DNA from: Anabaena subtropica FACHB-260
GTDB lineage: Bacteria > Cyanobacteriota > Cyanobacteriia > Cyanobacteriales > Nostocaceae
NCBI RefSeq assembly: GCF_014697105.1
Contig: NZ_JACJRF010000001.1
Coordinates: forward strand, 286,008-318,007
Direction: 5' to 3'
Length of the DNA: 32,000 nt
Shown: positions 8,680 through 18,360 of the stretch, in pieces
How the letters are laid out: the number at the start of each line of letters is the position of its first letter
Position numbering within the stretch: position 1 is the stretch's first letter
Made by a program: the position numbers and the translations under genes
Notes under the pieces: model-generated
Database searches by the model: none
The model's input: only the letters and a program-made list of their open reading frames with translations
Told to the model about the DNA's origin: nothing

Positions 8680-8892
8680 ATGTCCGATCCAATTACATTA
8701 CAAGTAAATGGGGAAACACATAATTGTTTACCCCAAGTTCTTTTACCCGATTTACTCCGGCAATTGGGTTTCAATCCCCGATTAGTGGCAGTAGAATATA
8801 ATGGGGAAATTTTACACCGCCAGTTTTGGGAACAAACTAAAGTACAATCAGGCGATCGCTTAGAGGTGGTCACTATTGTTGGTGGTGGTTAA
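8680..8892 (+). CDS. thiS: Sulfur-carrier protein ThiS
   Basis: 70 aa with a ubiquitin-like pattern, ending in VVTIVGGG (C-terminal Gly-Gly). It lies immediately downstream of thiE. Confidence 0.8.
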   Translation: MSDPITLQVNGETHNCLPQVLLPDLLRQLGFNPRLVAVEYNGEILHRQFWEQTKVQSGDRLEVVTIVGGG

Positions 8893-10097
8893 TTGTTATA
8901 CAAGGAACGGTGTAGGGTTTTACGCTTGGCTAATTCTTTGCCTTGACGACCAAGTTGTTCGCGCAATTGCTGATTTTGGGACAATTGTTTGAACGCTTGC
9001 AAAACTTCGTAACCAGACTTGGGATTTACCAGCAGTCCATTTTCTTCGTGGCGTACTATATCAATTAAAGAAGCGTGACGAGAAGCAATTACGGGTTTAC
9101 CAAAGTAACTGGCTTCTAAAAAGACAATCCCAGACCCTTCTATCTGGCTGGCTTTAGTGTTTGATAAAGTCAGCATGGCAAATATGTCACAAGTTGCGTA
9201 ATAACCTGCTAGTTCCTGATTGGCTACGTATCCAGCAAAATGTACCCGCTTATCTACGCGCAAGCGCTCTGCTAAGGATTTTAATTGAGATTCACAAGGC
9301 CCTTGACCACAGATGATGTAGTGAACATCTACACCAATAGTTAAAAGTAGTGGTAAATTGTCAATGACGCGATCAAAGCCTTTTTGTTTAATTAAACGCC
9401 CTACGGAAAGGATGACTACTGCGGTTTGGGGAATATTGTAAACTTGACGAAGCCTATTACGTAATTCATTTAGTTTATTGTCGTTGCTCCCCAAACCAAA
9501 CTTTTCTGGTCTGATTACTGGATGAATGACGTGGGTAGGGGTTTGTAAGCGGAAGGTATTTTGTAGGTAATCTTGTGTTAAGGAACTGTTACACACAATC
9601 CCTTCAGCGCGTGTGAGTGTTAATTTAAAGAGCGATCGCCATAAAGGATTGCCTACAGCAGAAGCCAGATCATTGCCGTGTAAGTAAATGAAGAAGCGTA
9701 CAGGTAAGATATAGCTTAACAATAAGAGTGAGGGAAACTCGTAGCCGTGTCCCCATTCAATATAACGGTAATGATAGCGAAAATAGAGTTTAATGGCTAG
9801 AAAAAATGTCGCCACCAAATTAAACAAAGGTTGTAAATAACTTCCTAAAAAATTACCAAGCCAGTATTTCAGGTTTGGCCAGCGATAGATAGGAAACTGT
9901 TGCCCTTGGTCAAATAGTTTATCACCTCCACAACTAGCCGCCAGAACAATTACTTCCTCTGGATCTTGAAGACAGCGATTGTAGAGATATTCCCCAATTA
10001 CAGCTTCTTTAGGCAAGAAAAAACGTGATATTACTAAAATATCTGGGGATGCAGTCGTGTCTCTGATTTTTGTTGCCAGTTGCGAGATATGTTCCAT
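8889..10097 (-). CDS. Glycosyltransferase family 4 (GT-B)
   Basis: 402 aa. The C-terminal half has the typical GT4 pattern (SVGRLIKQKGFD, GQGP, ...E.SGIVFLEASYFGKPVIAS). Confidence 0.8.
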   Translation of the reverse strand: MEHISQLATKIRDTTASPDILVISRFFLPKEAVIGEYLYNRCLQDPEEVIVLAASCGGDKLFDQGQQFPIYRWPNLKYWLGNFLGSYLQPLFNLVATFFLAIKLYFRYHYRYIEWGHGYEFPSLLLLSYILPVRFFIYLHGNDLASAVGNPLWRSLFKLTLTRAEGIVCNSSLTQDYLQNTFRLQTPTHVIHPVIRPEKFGLGSNDNKLNELRNRLRQVYNIPQTAVVILSVGRLIKQKGFDRVIDNLPLLLTIGVDVHYIICGQGPCESQLKSLAERLRVDKRVHFAGYVANQELAGYYATCDIFAMLTLSNTKASQIEGSGIVFLEASYFGKPVIASRHASLIDIVRHEENGLLVNPKSGYEVLQAFKQLSQNQQLREQLGRQGKELAKRKTLHRSLYNN

Positions 10098-11174
10098 TTT
10101 AAGTGTAGTAAAGTTAGTTCAAATAAGTTGTAATAGTTCAAACTGCAACTAAAGCAAAGTAACTAGTGTCGGCTTGCTTGTTGTGATCAAAACTAAGAGC
10201 TACTGCATCTGTACTTATATTGGACAGTACTTACAAGTGAGTATCAATATGGTGTTATTATTCATACACTTTCTTTTGGAAATCATCAATCCTACTGGTG
10301 AATTTACTTAAAGGAATACTGCTCTTGTATCTAATTTTCTCCTGTTTTTTCTGTTTAGCCAATATTTAGGCTCAAAAATCTAAGTATTTACAGATTTTTT
10401 TAATAAAGTTTTACAAATTGTAATTAATTCAATCTGAAAAACTTATGGAGTTGTGTTATTCCATACTTCTTATTTTTAATAAAGGGAATGCAAGTATTCG
10501 ACCACAACTCTATTTTAAAATAGGAAATATAGATATTTATTTATTAATTTCGTGAAGTATATGTTAACTAGATATTTTATTTATTTTCTATTTTTATCTT
10601 TGCTCACAATCGTAGCAATGAACATCATTTTAAGAAAATGAAAATTAATAATTATATTTATAAAGGGAAAACTGAAGCAAAAAATACTAAAGTTATGACT
10701 TATGCCCATAATATCTTGAATACATAACAAGATCACGCCAGAATGCCCCATAGTGTAAATATTAGGGAATCTTGTGGTTTACGAAAATATACAGCGTTTC
10801 TTGGAGAGAGGCTAGAGGCGAGGGACTAGAAACTAGGATAATCTACCTCATCTAGATAAAACGTGCTGTATTTTGGCATTACATATAGTTTTGGAAATAT
10901 ACGTAGTTTGGGGATAATTATTAATTCATCCCAAAGTTCCCTCAAAGGGGATAACTTTTGAGGTACGGTTATCTACTACAGAAATCCCCCCTCGGTTTGC
11001 TGCCTAGCCAAGGCAAGACGCGCTAGATTGAATATGTAGCCAAAAAAGACACCGAGCTACTACCAATCATCAAACTCGCTGATTTAATTACTGGCTGGCA
11101 TCACATAAGCACTGTAATGCTTCTACCAAAGATAAGAATTAAATAAGTAATAACGTTTTCAAGCGAATGTGACT

Positions 11175-12152
11175 ATGCCTAAAAAACTACTACAAACTAT
11201 CAAACCTCTGTTAAAAACTGTCTTTACCCTGGGACTAGTGTTGGTTTTGGCGTTGGGAAACGCTGATGGCGCATTAGCCGCTCGTAGTGGTGGACGGATA
11301 GGCGGTGGTTCCTTTAGAGCGCCTTCTAGCCGCACTTATGCACCACGTTATGCGCCTCCTGGTGGTGGATATGGTTATTCTCCCTACCCTGGTGGTGGTT
11401 TTGGCTTTCCCTTCTTGATACCTTTCTGGGGTATCGGGGGAGGATTTGGCGGTGTATTTAGTATTTTAATATTTTTGGCGATCGCTAATTTCCTAGTACA
11501 AAGCTTCCGCCGTGCTTCCAGTGGTGAAGTTGGTGAAGATGTGGGTTACAGCAGCAACCCTACTGTAACTGTGTCTCGCTTGCAAGTGGGCTTGTTAGCG
11601 CAAGCACGAGATTTACAACCGGAACTCAACCACATTGCGGAAACGGCTGATACCAATTCCCCAGCAGGACGAGCAGAAATACTACAAGAAGCCAGCCTAG
11701 CTTTACTGCGTCACCCTGAATATTGGGTATATGCAGGTGCTGGTACACAACAAGCGAAGTTAAATTCTGCGGAATCCCAATTTAACCGCCTAGCCTTAGC
11801 AGAACGCAGCAAATTCAGCGAAGAAACCTTGTCTAACGTCAACAATCAGCTAAAAGCGGCTCGAACTCCAGATGCTTTACCATCGGCTGATGAACTAGAT
11901 AACCCAACCCGTCTAATTACTGAAGGCCCTGGCGAATATATTATTGTCACTCTATTGGCGGCGACATTAGGTAAGTTTGAACTCCCATCTGTCAACACCA
12001 CTGATGACTTGCGCCAAGCTTTACGGCAAATTGGTAGCATTCCATCTGAACAACTTTTAGCTTTTGAAGTGCTGTGGACTCCCCAAGCTGAAGGCGATAC
12101 TCTGACATCTGATGATTTGTTTGCTGAGTATCCCGATTTGAAATTGGTTTAA
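11175..12152 (+). CDS. DUF1517-family membrane protein (Gly-rich N-terminus)
   Basis: Signal/TM segment, then a GGRIGGGSFR...GGGYGYSPYPGGGFGF Gly-rich region, a second TM, and the conserved VSRLQVGLLAQARDLQ block. The ORF track starts at GTG 11169; the ATG at 11175 is more likely. Confidence 0.75.
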   Translation: MPKKLLQTIKPLLKTVFTLGLVLVLALGNADGALAARSGGRIGGGSFRAPSSRTYAPRYAPPGGGYGYSPYPGGGFGFPFLIPFWGIGGGFGGVFSILIFLAIANFLVQSFRRASSGEVGEDVGYSSNPTVTVSRLQVGLLAQARDLQPELNHIAETADTNSPAGRAEILQEASLALLRHPEYWVYAGAGTQQAKLNSAESQFNRLALAERSKFSEETLSNVNNQLKAARTPDALPSADELDNPTRLITEGPGEYIIVTLLAATLGKFELPSVNTTDDLRQALRQIGSIPSEQLLAFEVLWTPQAEGDTLTSDDLFAEYPDLKLV

Positions 12153-12176
12153 TTCCCCAGAATAGATGAATAAGTA

Positions 12177-12198
12177 GGGGCGCAAGGAATTGCGCCCC
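12177..12198. terminator. GC-rich hairpin between convergent genes (bidirectional terminator candidate)
   Basis: GGGGCGCAA-GGAA-TTGCGCCCC forms a perfect 9-bp stem with a tetraloop. It lies 25 nt after the stop at 12152. Confidence 0.5.
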
Positions 12199-12289
12199 TA
12201 TAGATTTAGGGCGTTGCATAAATGCAGGATGATTTCAATATTTGGTGTTGATGAATCGAGGGATGATTTAGCAAGTTATAAAATTTCTC

Positions 12290-12316
12290 CCCCTGCTTCC
12301 CCTGCTTCCCCTGCCT
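12290..12316. repeat. Tandem 9-mer CCCCTGCTT x3
   Basis: CCCCTGCTT CCCCTGCTT CCCCTGCCT in the intergenic DNA downstream of the GNAT gene. Confidence 0.8.
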
Positions 12317-12369
12317 GCCTAAATTCATCCCCCTGTTCTGCAATGCCAGATTTAGATTCTCATGGGGTG

Positions 12370-12879
12370 TTATGGGCTTTTCAAATCGGTTTTTAAAATT
12401 ACATCTGATAAATGATGTGTTTTCCCTGGACATACTTCAGCCGCCGTACCTAATTTAATGAATGCAGATTTTTCATAAAATGAAATGGCAGGCAAGTTAT
12501 CATAATTTGTGAATACCCAAAGTTCCTGAAATCCCAATTCTTGCGCGTAGGATTTTAATTTTTTCATCATGATTGAACCCCATCCCTCTCTACGAAAGTT
12601 GGGACGCAAACCAAACCAGCCCACCCAAACAACGCTAGATGGGCTATCGATACACTGATAAAGACCCATGACACCTATAGGTTCTTCATCTAGTTTTACT
12701 AGATAAACTTGCCAAAAAATTAGTGTTTTATCCCACTGACCAATGCCGCACCAATTAAGCATTGCTAGACTAAATTTATCACCAAATTCTAACTCTTTTA
12801 AAAGAGGTACAAAATCTGTAATTTCTTTTGTTTGGGTGATTTTTAAGCGATTTTGTGAAAGATGTGCATGATTTTGCAT
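12370..12879 (-). CDS. GNAT-family N-acetyltransferase
   Basis: 169 aa with an acetyl-CoA-binding motif-A-like block (FGLRPNFRREGWGSIMMKKLKSYAQELGF). Confidence 0.75.
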   Translation of the reverse strand: MQNHAHLSQNRLKITQTKEITDFVPLLKELEFGDKFSLAMLNWCGIGQWDKTLIFWQVYLVKLDEEPIGVMGLYQCIDSPSSVVWVGWFGLRPNFRREGWGSIMMKKLKSYAQELGFQELWVFTNYDNLPAISFYEKSAFIKLGTAAEVCPGKTHHLSDVILKTDLKSP

Positions 12880-13137
12880 ACTTATTTTTTTAATTTAAAT
12901 AAAGTAGAATAGGCTAAATAATTAAAGTTCTCTCTGCGTTCTCTTTCGAGAGGCTACGCCAACGCATAGCGTGTCGTAGACAGACGCTCCGCGAACCAAA
13001 AAGGACTAAAGTCCTTACTACGAAACGAATCTTATTATTTTTACATTACTTAATATAGTTTTTTTCCAGTCGTTCTATTAAACACTAAGTGAACTGCTAT
13101 TGCAGGTCATTTATCATCTTGAACTATTTAGTCAAAT

Positions 13138-14988
13138 TTAACCTGGGGAAAATACCACCCGAAACCCGCATATCCTCAAGCCGCCATCTGACTCATTCCA
13201 ACTGCGGCTGGCGCTGCGACACAGTTCTGCACCAAAGTTCCAAGAACCACCACGCAGTACCCGGCGATATATATCACCGCCTGCTTCCCACACACTACCA
13301 TCTGTGGGTGCGCCATTGTAGTTATTGTGCCAAGGGTCAGCGCACCATTCCCAAACTAGCCCGTGCATATCGTACAATCCAAAGGTGTTGGCTACGCGAA
13401 AACTGCCGACATCGGTAGTTTCTTTGCGGTATCTGCTTTTGGGTTCAATATGATGACTATCGCTGTCGCTAAAGTTGGCTAAGTCAGGTGTAATGGTTTC
13501 GCCGAAGTGGAAAGATGTGGTAGTTCCAGCACGACAAGCATATTCCCATTCCGCCTCACTAGGTAGGCGATATTCTCGTCCAGTTTTCTCTGATAGTCTG
13601 GCACAAAATTCTAATACCTCGTGCCAAGAGACGTTTTCTACTGGTCGATTTTGACCTTTGAATTTTGAAGGGTAGGGATTTAAGGCTTGTTTAATTTTGG
13701 GTAAGCCAGCGACAGCTCGCCATTGAGCCTGGGTTATTGGATATTTTCCCATAAAAAAGGGTGCGATCGCTACTTGATGTTGGGGGCGTTCGTCAGCATC
13801 CCCTTCAAAGTTGGGTGAACCCATCAGGTATGCACCACCGGGAATGGACACCATTTCTAGTGTGATGTCTTTATTTAATTCTTCTACCAGAAATTGGGCA
13901 TTGGTGCGATCGCGGTTCACCACTCGACCGGCTGTATCTACTGTAACTACTTCATACTCAAAGGTTTGTAAGGGGGGTAATGGTCGTTTGGTTTTTTGTG
14001 TTGCAGGTGGTAATGGGACTAATGTTGGTTGAGTTGTTGGTAAAATTTGGGTTTCTACCGCAATGGTTGTGGATACTTTTAAATCAGAGAGAACTTCTGC
14101 TGCTGATTGATATCTTTCACTAGGCAAATGCTTCAGCAATTTATCTAAAATTTGACTTAAATCATCGCTAATCGTAATACCCCTTTCCTGCAAATACTCT
14201 TGCCATAACCATTTACCATTCATGGGATCATAAAGACCATCGTCAATATGTCCATAAGGATTTTGTTGTGGTAAGCATTGTGTTAATAACCGGATACAGG
14301 TCACACCCAAAGCATACAAATCACTAGCATGACAAGCAAAACCCGCCATTTGTTCGGTTGGTGCATAACCAATAGTATAAATAGCTGTTGCTTGTCTAGC
14401 TATACTCGTTTGGGTGACTTGTTTTGCACCACCAAAATCAATCAATACTAATTTGTTATCACCATCACGCCGGATGATATTTTCTGGTTTGATATCGCGG
14501 TGAATGACGTTATGAAGATGAATAAAATCGAGAATCGGTAATAAATCAATTAATAGTTGCCGAATTTTTTCTTCATTAAAAGTTTCTTGCTGGACTTCTT
14601 GTAAAAGAGTTAGTCCTTTAATAAATTCTTGGACGAGATATAAGCTAGAACCTTGTTCAAAATAAGCCAACAACCTCGGTATTTGACTATGATTTTCTCC
14701 TAGTTCATACAACCGAAAGGCTTCTTCTTTAAAGAATTCTGCGGCTTTACTGCGTTGTCCGGTTCCTTGAATTTGTGGGAAGAACTGTTTGATGACGCAA
14801 GGCGCGTCTAGTCTGTCTGCGTCTTCAGCTGCGTAGGTTTTGCTAAACCCACCTTCACCTAATAATCCTAGTACGCGATAGCGATTTCTCAGTAATTTGC
14901 CAAAGTTGCTTTGTCCGCAACTCATACAAAATCTATTGCCATCAGGATTGAATGGGTTTGAGCAATTGGGATTTTGGCAGATTTGCAT
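13138..14988 (-). CDS. Zinc-ribbon / Ser-Thr protein kinase / FGE-sulfatase (SUMF1-like) fusion protein
   Basis: 616 aa. N-terminal CxxxxC...CxxC. Hanks kinase motifs (GEGGFSKTY, VIKQ, HRDIKPENI, DFG, APTE). A Pro-rich linker. C-terminal FGE-type domain (NVSWHE, YRLPSEAEWEYACRAG, LRGGSW, ICGFRVV). Confidence 0.85.
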   Translation of the reverse strand: MQICQNPNCSNPFNPDGNRFCMSCGQSNFGKLLRNRYRVLGLLGEGGFSKTYAAEDADRLDAPCVIKQFFPQIQGTGQRSKAAEFFKEEAFRLYELGENHSQIPRLLAYFEQGSSLYLVQEFIKGLTLLQEVQQETFNEEKIRQLLIDLLPILDFIHLHNVIHRDIKPENIIRRDGDNKLVLIDFGGAKQVTQTSIARQATAIYTIGYAPTEQMAGFACHASDLYALGVTCIRLLTQCLPQQNPYGHIDDGLYDPMNGKWLWQEYLQERGITISDDLSQILDKLLKHLPSERYQSAAEVLSDLKVSTTIAVETQILPTTQPTLVPLPPATQKTKRPLPPLQTFEYEVVTVDTAGRVVNRDRTNAQFLVEELNKDITLEMVSIPGGAYLMGSPNFEGDADERPQHQVAIAPFFMGKYPITQAQWRAVAGLPKIKQALNPYPSKFKGQNRPVENVSWHEVLEFCARLSEKTGREYRLPSEAEWEYACRAGTTTSFHFGETITPDLANFSDSDSHHIEPKSRYRKETTDVGSFRVANTFGLYDMHGLVWEWCADPWHNNYNGAPTDGSVWEAGGDIYRRVLRGGSWNFGAELCRSASRSWNESDGGLRICGFRVVFSPG

Positions 14989-15183
14989 AATGAAGGGATA
15001 ATAGCATCTTGTCCAAACTTAACCCCAATATTATCGAATTGAAAAGCGATATCTAGACAAATAAATATTAATAATTATCACCTGTATGAATACTGAAAAG
15101 GCGGATACAGATGAAATTATTTAGTTAATCTGTTACTTGTTACTGGGTAGTTTTTGAAGATACATTTGCAGGTGGATAGGTTA

Positions 15184-15283
15184 ACTTAAATTTTATTTAA
15201 GTTTGTAGCGAGTGATTCATAACTCATAGTAGAGGCAACTAGGAATGAAGTCCTAACTACAAACTTTAACTCACTTAAATTTT
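15184..15283. repeat. MITE-like hairpin element flanked by 11-nt direct repeats
   Basis: Inverted arms TTAAGTTTGTAG (15197-15208) and CTACAAACTTTAA (15257-15269). The direct repeat ACTTAAATTTT occurs at 15184-15194 and 15273-15283. The interior AGTCCTAACTACAAAC resembles AGTCCTTACTACGAAAC at about 13005. Confidence 0.35.
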
Positions 15284-15375
15284 GCCTACTTACTATGTAT
15301 GAGTTAACAGATATTCCTTACAAAAATGATAATAGAATTAAATTATTGAGTTTGTCAAGTATGTTTATATTTTGT

Positions 15376-16176
15376 TTATTTTCGCTCTCCTAATGAGCGA
15401 ATTGATTCTGCTATAACGGCGACAATTGCAGATATTAAAATTAACAACATACTGAGGGCATTAATATCAGGTTTAACACCACTTCTAATGCGACTAAAAA
15501 TTTCCATTGGGAGGGTGTTGTAACCGCTACCTGAGGTAAAACTAGCAATAAGGAAGTCATCCAAGCTGAGGACGAATGCTAGTAGACAGCCAGCGATAAT
15601 TCCTGGCATTAACTGAGGTAGTAATACTTGAATAAATGCTTGTATAGGTGTAGCACCTAAATCTAGTGCAGCTTCTTCCAAGTGGGGGTCTAAATTAGTC
15701 AGTCTTGATGAGACTACTAAACCGATATAAGCTAAACAAAATACTATATGAGCAGCCACAATTGTCCATAGGCTAAGGGGGATAGCGAAAGTAGCAAGGA
15801 AGACAAGAGTCGCAACTGCGATCGCAATATCGGGAATAATTAATGGTAGATAAGCAACACCACGATACAATTTCTTCCCAGGGAACTGATAACGCGCCAA
15901 ACCTACTGCCATTAAGGTTCCTAACACGGCGGAAATACTCACAGCACAAAAGGCTACTAGCAAACTATTTCTCAAAGCTGAGAGGATGCGATCGTCGCTT
16001 AATAATTTGTAATACCAATCAAGGGTGAAGCCTTGCCAAGTCGCACTGTAAGGTGATTGATTAAAGCTATAAAATCCCAGTACCAGAATAGGTAGGTACA
16101 TGAATATAAATAGGATTATGGAGAAAACCGCCTGCCAAGAGACAAGCGGTTTATTATGCGATGGAGAAATATTCAC
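15376..16176 (-). CDS. ABC transporter permease (PotC/spermidine-putrescine-type, MetI-fold)
   Basis: 266 aa with 6 TM helices and the EAA-type loop (LEEAALDLGATPIQAF) typical of binding-protein-dependent permeases. Confidence 0.8.
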   Translation of the reverse strand: MNISPSHNKPLVSWQAVFSIILFIFMYLPILVLGFYSFNQSPYSATWQGFTLDWYYKLLSDDRILSALRNSLLVAFCAVSISAVLGTLMAVGLARYQFPGKKLYRGVAYLPLIIPDIAIAVATLVFLATFAIPLSLWTIVAAHIVFCLAYIGLVVSSRLTNLDPHLEEAALDLGATPIQAFIQVLLPQLMPGIIAGCLLAFVLSLDDFLIASFTSGSGYNTLPMEIFSRIRSGVKPDINALSMLLILISAIVAVIAESIRSLGERK

Positions 16177-17140
16177 GTTTTTGTGATTTTATAATGTTGC
16201 CAAGTTTAAAATATATGCGACTAGATATTAAACGTCAATATCATAGCCAAAATTTAACCTAGTAGGCTACAAGAACTATCTAATACAAAAATATATAACT
16301 GCTATAGCTTACTTTCATAACGAAGAGAATAAATGATTAAAAATCTCCACCCATAAGGGAATGGAAATTTTGTCAGTGGTCAGTAGCATTCGCGTGGCGT
16401 ATTCCCTTGGGACAAAGAGGTTTTATAATCGCTCACTAAGAGCTAATTTGTAAACTAAAGTAAAATACTTACCATGTAAGGGTTTCAGGAATTCGGGTTA
16501 ATACAGCACTTATTCGCTGAAACTTAGACCTAGTAATGATTTGAATCTCCTTAAGATTTTCTTTACGAATCAGCTCTAAGAAAGCATTAGGACAGAACAA
16601 AAACAACTGGCAAATCACAAGCGCAAGGCAGCAAATCAGAGCAAATGTATAAATAGCCGTGTAACCGACAAAAGAAAATATAAAATTGCTTACTTCTGGA
16701 GCTTTTAGTGATAAAAATTGCAAAAATATTCCTCTAATTATATATATATCAGATTTGATTATTGAGGAAATCTTAGTATCTCTAGGAATGCTCACCAAAA
16801 TCACTACAAGGTGGGCAATGCGATCCTACACATATTTTCCAAATTAAGTATGAATAATATAGATTTATTAACTCTGATAATGCAATAAATGATCTTTGAT
16901 TGCCAATTTAGATGTAAACATTACGTAAAGTATAAGATAAAATTTATCTCTTGGGAATAGAGTGATTTCTCTACTAGGATAGACAAGTAATCAAGAATAT
17001 AAAGCATAAGATGATGAGGTAGTTAGTTTAAAAATTGGTGTTAAAACTAGTTTCTAGTGCAAACTTATTTATTTGTTAAGCACTCTGGAAACAAAAAACA
17101 AACACACCTAATTCAAAGCTTAGTTTGTAGGAGGTTTGTG

Positions 17141-18226
17141 ATGCGAATTGCTCAAGTAGCCCCATTATGGGAGAGAGTACCCCCGTCAACTTATGGCGGT
17201 ATAGAGTTAGTGGTGGGGTTACTAACAGATGAGTTAGTCCGACGTGGACATGAAGTCACACTGTTTGCATCGGGAGATTCTGTCAGTTTAGCAAAGCTAG
17301 TATCAGTTCATCCCCGTGCGCTAAGACTTGATTCTAGTATCAAAGAAACTGGCATTTATGAAATGCTACAACTCGGTACAGTATATGAACGTGCAGACGA
17401 GTTTGATATTATTCACTCACATATGGGCTGTGCATCACTACCTTATACAAACCTAGTGAAAACACCCACTGTTCACACCCTACACGGCATTTTTACCCCT
17501 GACAACGAAAAGATGTTTCAGTTTGCCAAGGTTCAGCCTTTTGTAAGTATTTCCGATGCACAACGGGAATTGGAATTAGGACTGAATTATGTGAAAACAG
17601 TTTACAACGGCATTGATGTTAGTAGTTATCAATTTTATCCCCAACCAGATGAGTCTCCGTATTTAGCCTTTTTAGGTCGAATATCTCCAGAAAAAGGTAC
17701 ACATCTAGCGATAGAAATTGCTAAAAAAGCTGGTTGGCGCTTAAAAATAGCGGGTAAAGTAGACGTTGTTGATGTGGAATATTTTGAACAAGAAGTTAAA
17801 CCATTAATTGATGGTAAGCAAATAGAGTATTTAGGTGAAGCCAACCATACACAAAAGAATGTACTGATGGGAGGTGCAGCAGCAACCTTATTCCCCATCA
17901 CCTGGAGAGAACCGTTTGGTTTGGTAATGGTTGAGTCAATGGCATCAGGTACACCAGTTATTGCCATTAAACTTGGATCAACTGTAGAAGTAATTGATCA
18001 CGGTAAAACAGGTTTTCTGTGCAGTAATGTAGAAGAGTGCGTCAGTGCGATCGCTAAAGTTGCAGATTTAGACCGTTATGCTTGTAGGGAGTATGTAGAG
18101 AATCGTTTTAGCTTGCAAGCAATGACTGACGGTTACGAAGAAGTTTATCGGCAACTTCTGCAACAGCGTTTTGCTAATAACGGGCATTATCGTAGTACGT
18201 ATGATTTGAGTAAAATTCGCGCCTAA
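17141..18226 (+). CDS. Glycosyltransferase family 4
   Basis: MRIAQVAPLWERVPPSTYGGIELVV... N-terminus, plus C-terminal GRISPEKG and EPFGLVMVESMASGTPVIA motifs. The ATG at 17141 is preceded by GGAGG; the 28 codons upstream in the ORF track look non-coding. Confidence 0.85.
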   Translation: MRIAQVAPLWERVPPSTYGGIELVVGLLTDELVRRGHEVTLFASGDSVSLAKLVSVHPRALRLDSSIKETGIYEMLQLGTVYERADEFDIIHSHMGCASLPYTNLVKTPTVHTLHGIFTPDNEKMFQFAKVQPFVSISDAQRELELGLNYVKTVYNGIDVSSYQFYPQPDESPYLAFLGRISPEKGTHLAIEIAKKAGWRLKIAGKVDVVDVEYFEQEVKPLIDGKQIEYLGEANHTQKNVLMGGAAATLFPITWREPFGLVMVESMASGTPVIAIKLGSTVEVIDHGKTGFLCSNVEECVSAIAKVADLDRYACREYVENRFSLQAMTDGYEEVYRQLLQQRFANNGHYRSTYDLSKIRA

Positions 18227-18360
18227 GTAAGTTTTGTGGATGATGGGTAATGGATGCTGGGAGTATCTGTTACCTATGATTTTTAATTAGGGAGAAAAAC
18301 GCAAAGGAACGCTGAGGAAAGCGCGGAGGTACGCGGAGAGTTTGAGATGAATGAGGATGG

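Noticed and set aside
10561-10641. 26-aa hydrophobic ORF (MLTRYFIYFLFLSLLTIVAMNIILRK) in the 1-kb gap.
   Set aside because: AT-rich DNA readily gives Phe/Ile/Leu-rich short ORFs. There is no SD and I cannot assess conservation.
12190-12433. ORFs 12190-12396 (+) and 12206-12433 (-) between the DUF1517 and GNAT genes.
   Set aside because: They span the terminator hairpin and the CCCCTGCTT tandem repeat and overlap each other. There are no motifs, so they are probably repeat-generated open frames.
13089-13418. 109-aa plus-strand ORF overlapping the 3' end of the kinase-FGE gene.
   Set aside because: It is antisense to the strongly conserved FGE motifs, and its translation is Cys/Arg/His-rich.
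16469-16804. 111-aa GTG-initiated minus-strand ORF in the AT-rich gap.
   Set aside because: It has a GTG start without an SD, very AT-rich composition and no recognisable family. It could be a real small membrane protein or a gene remnant, but I cannot support it.
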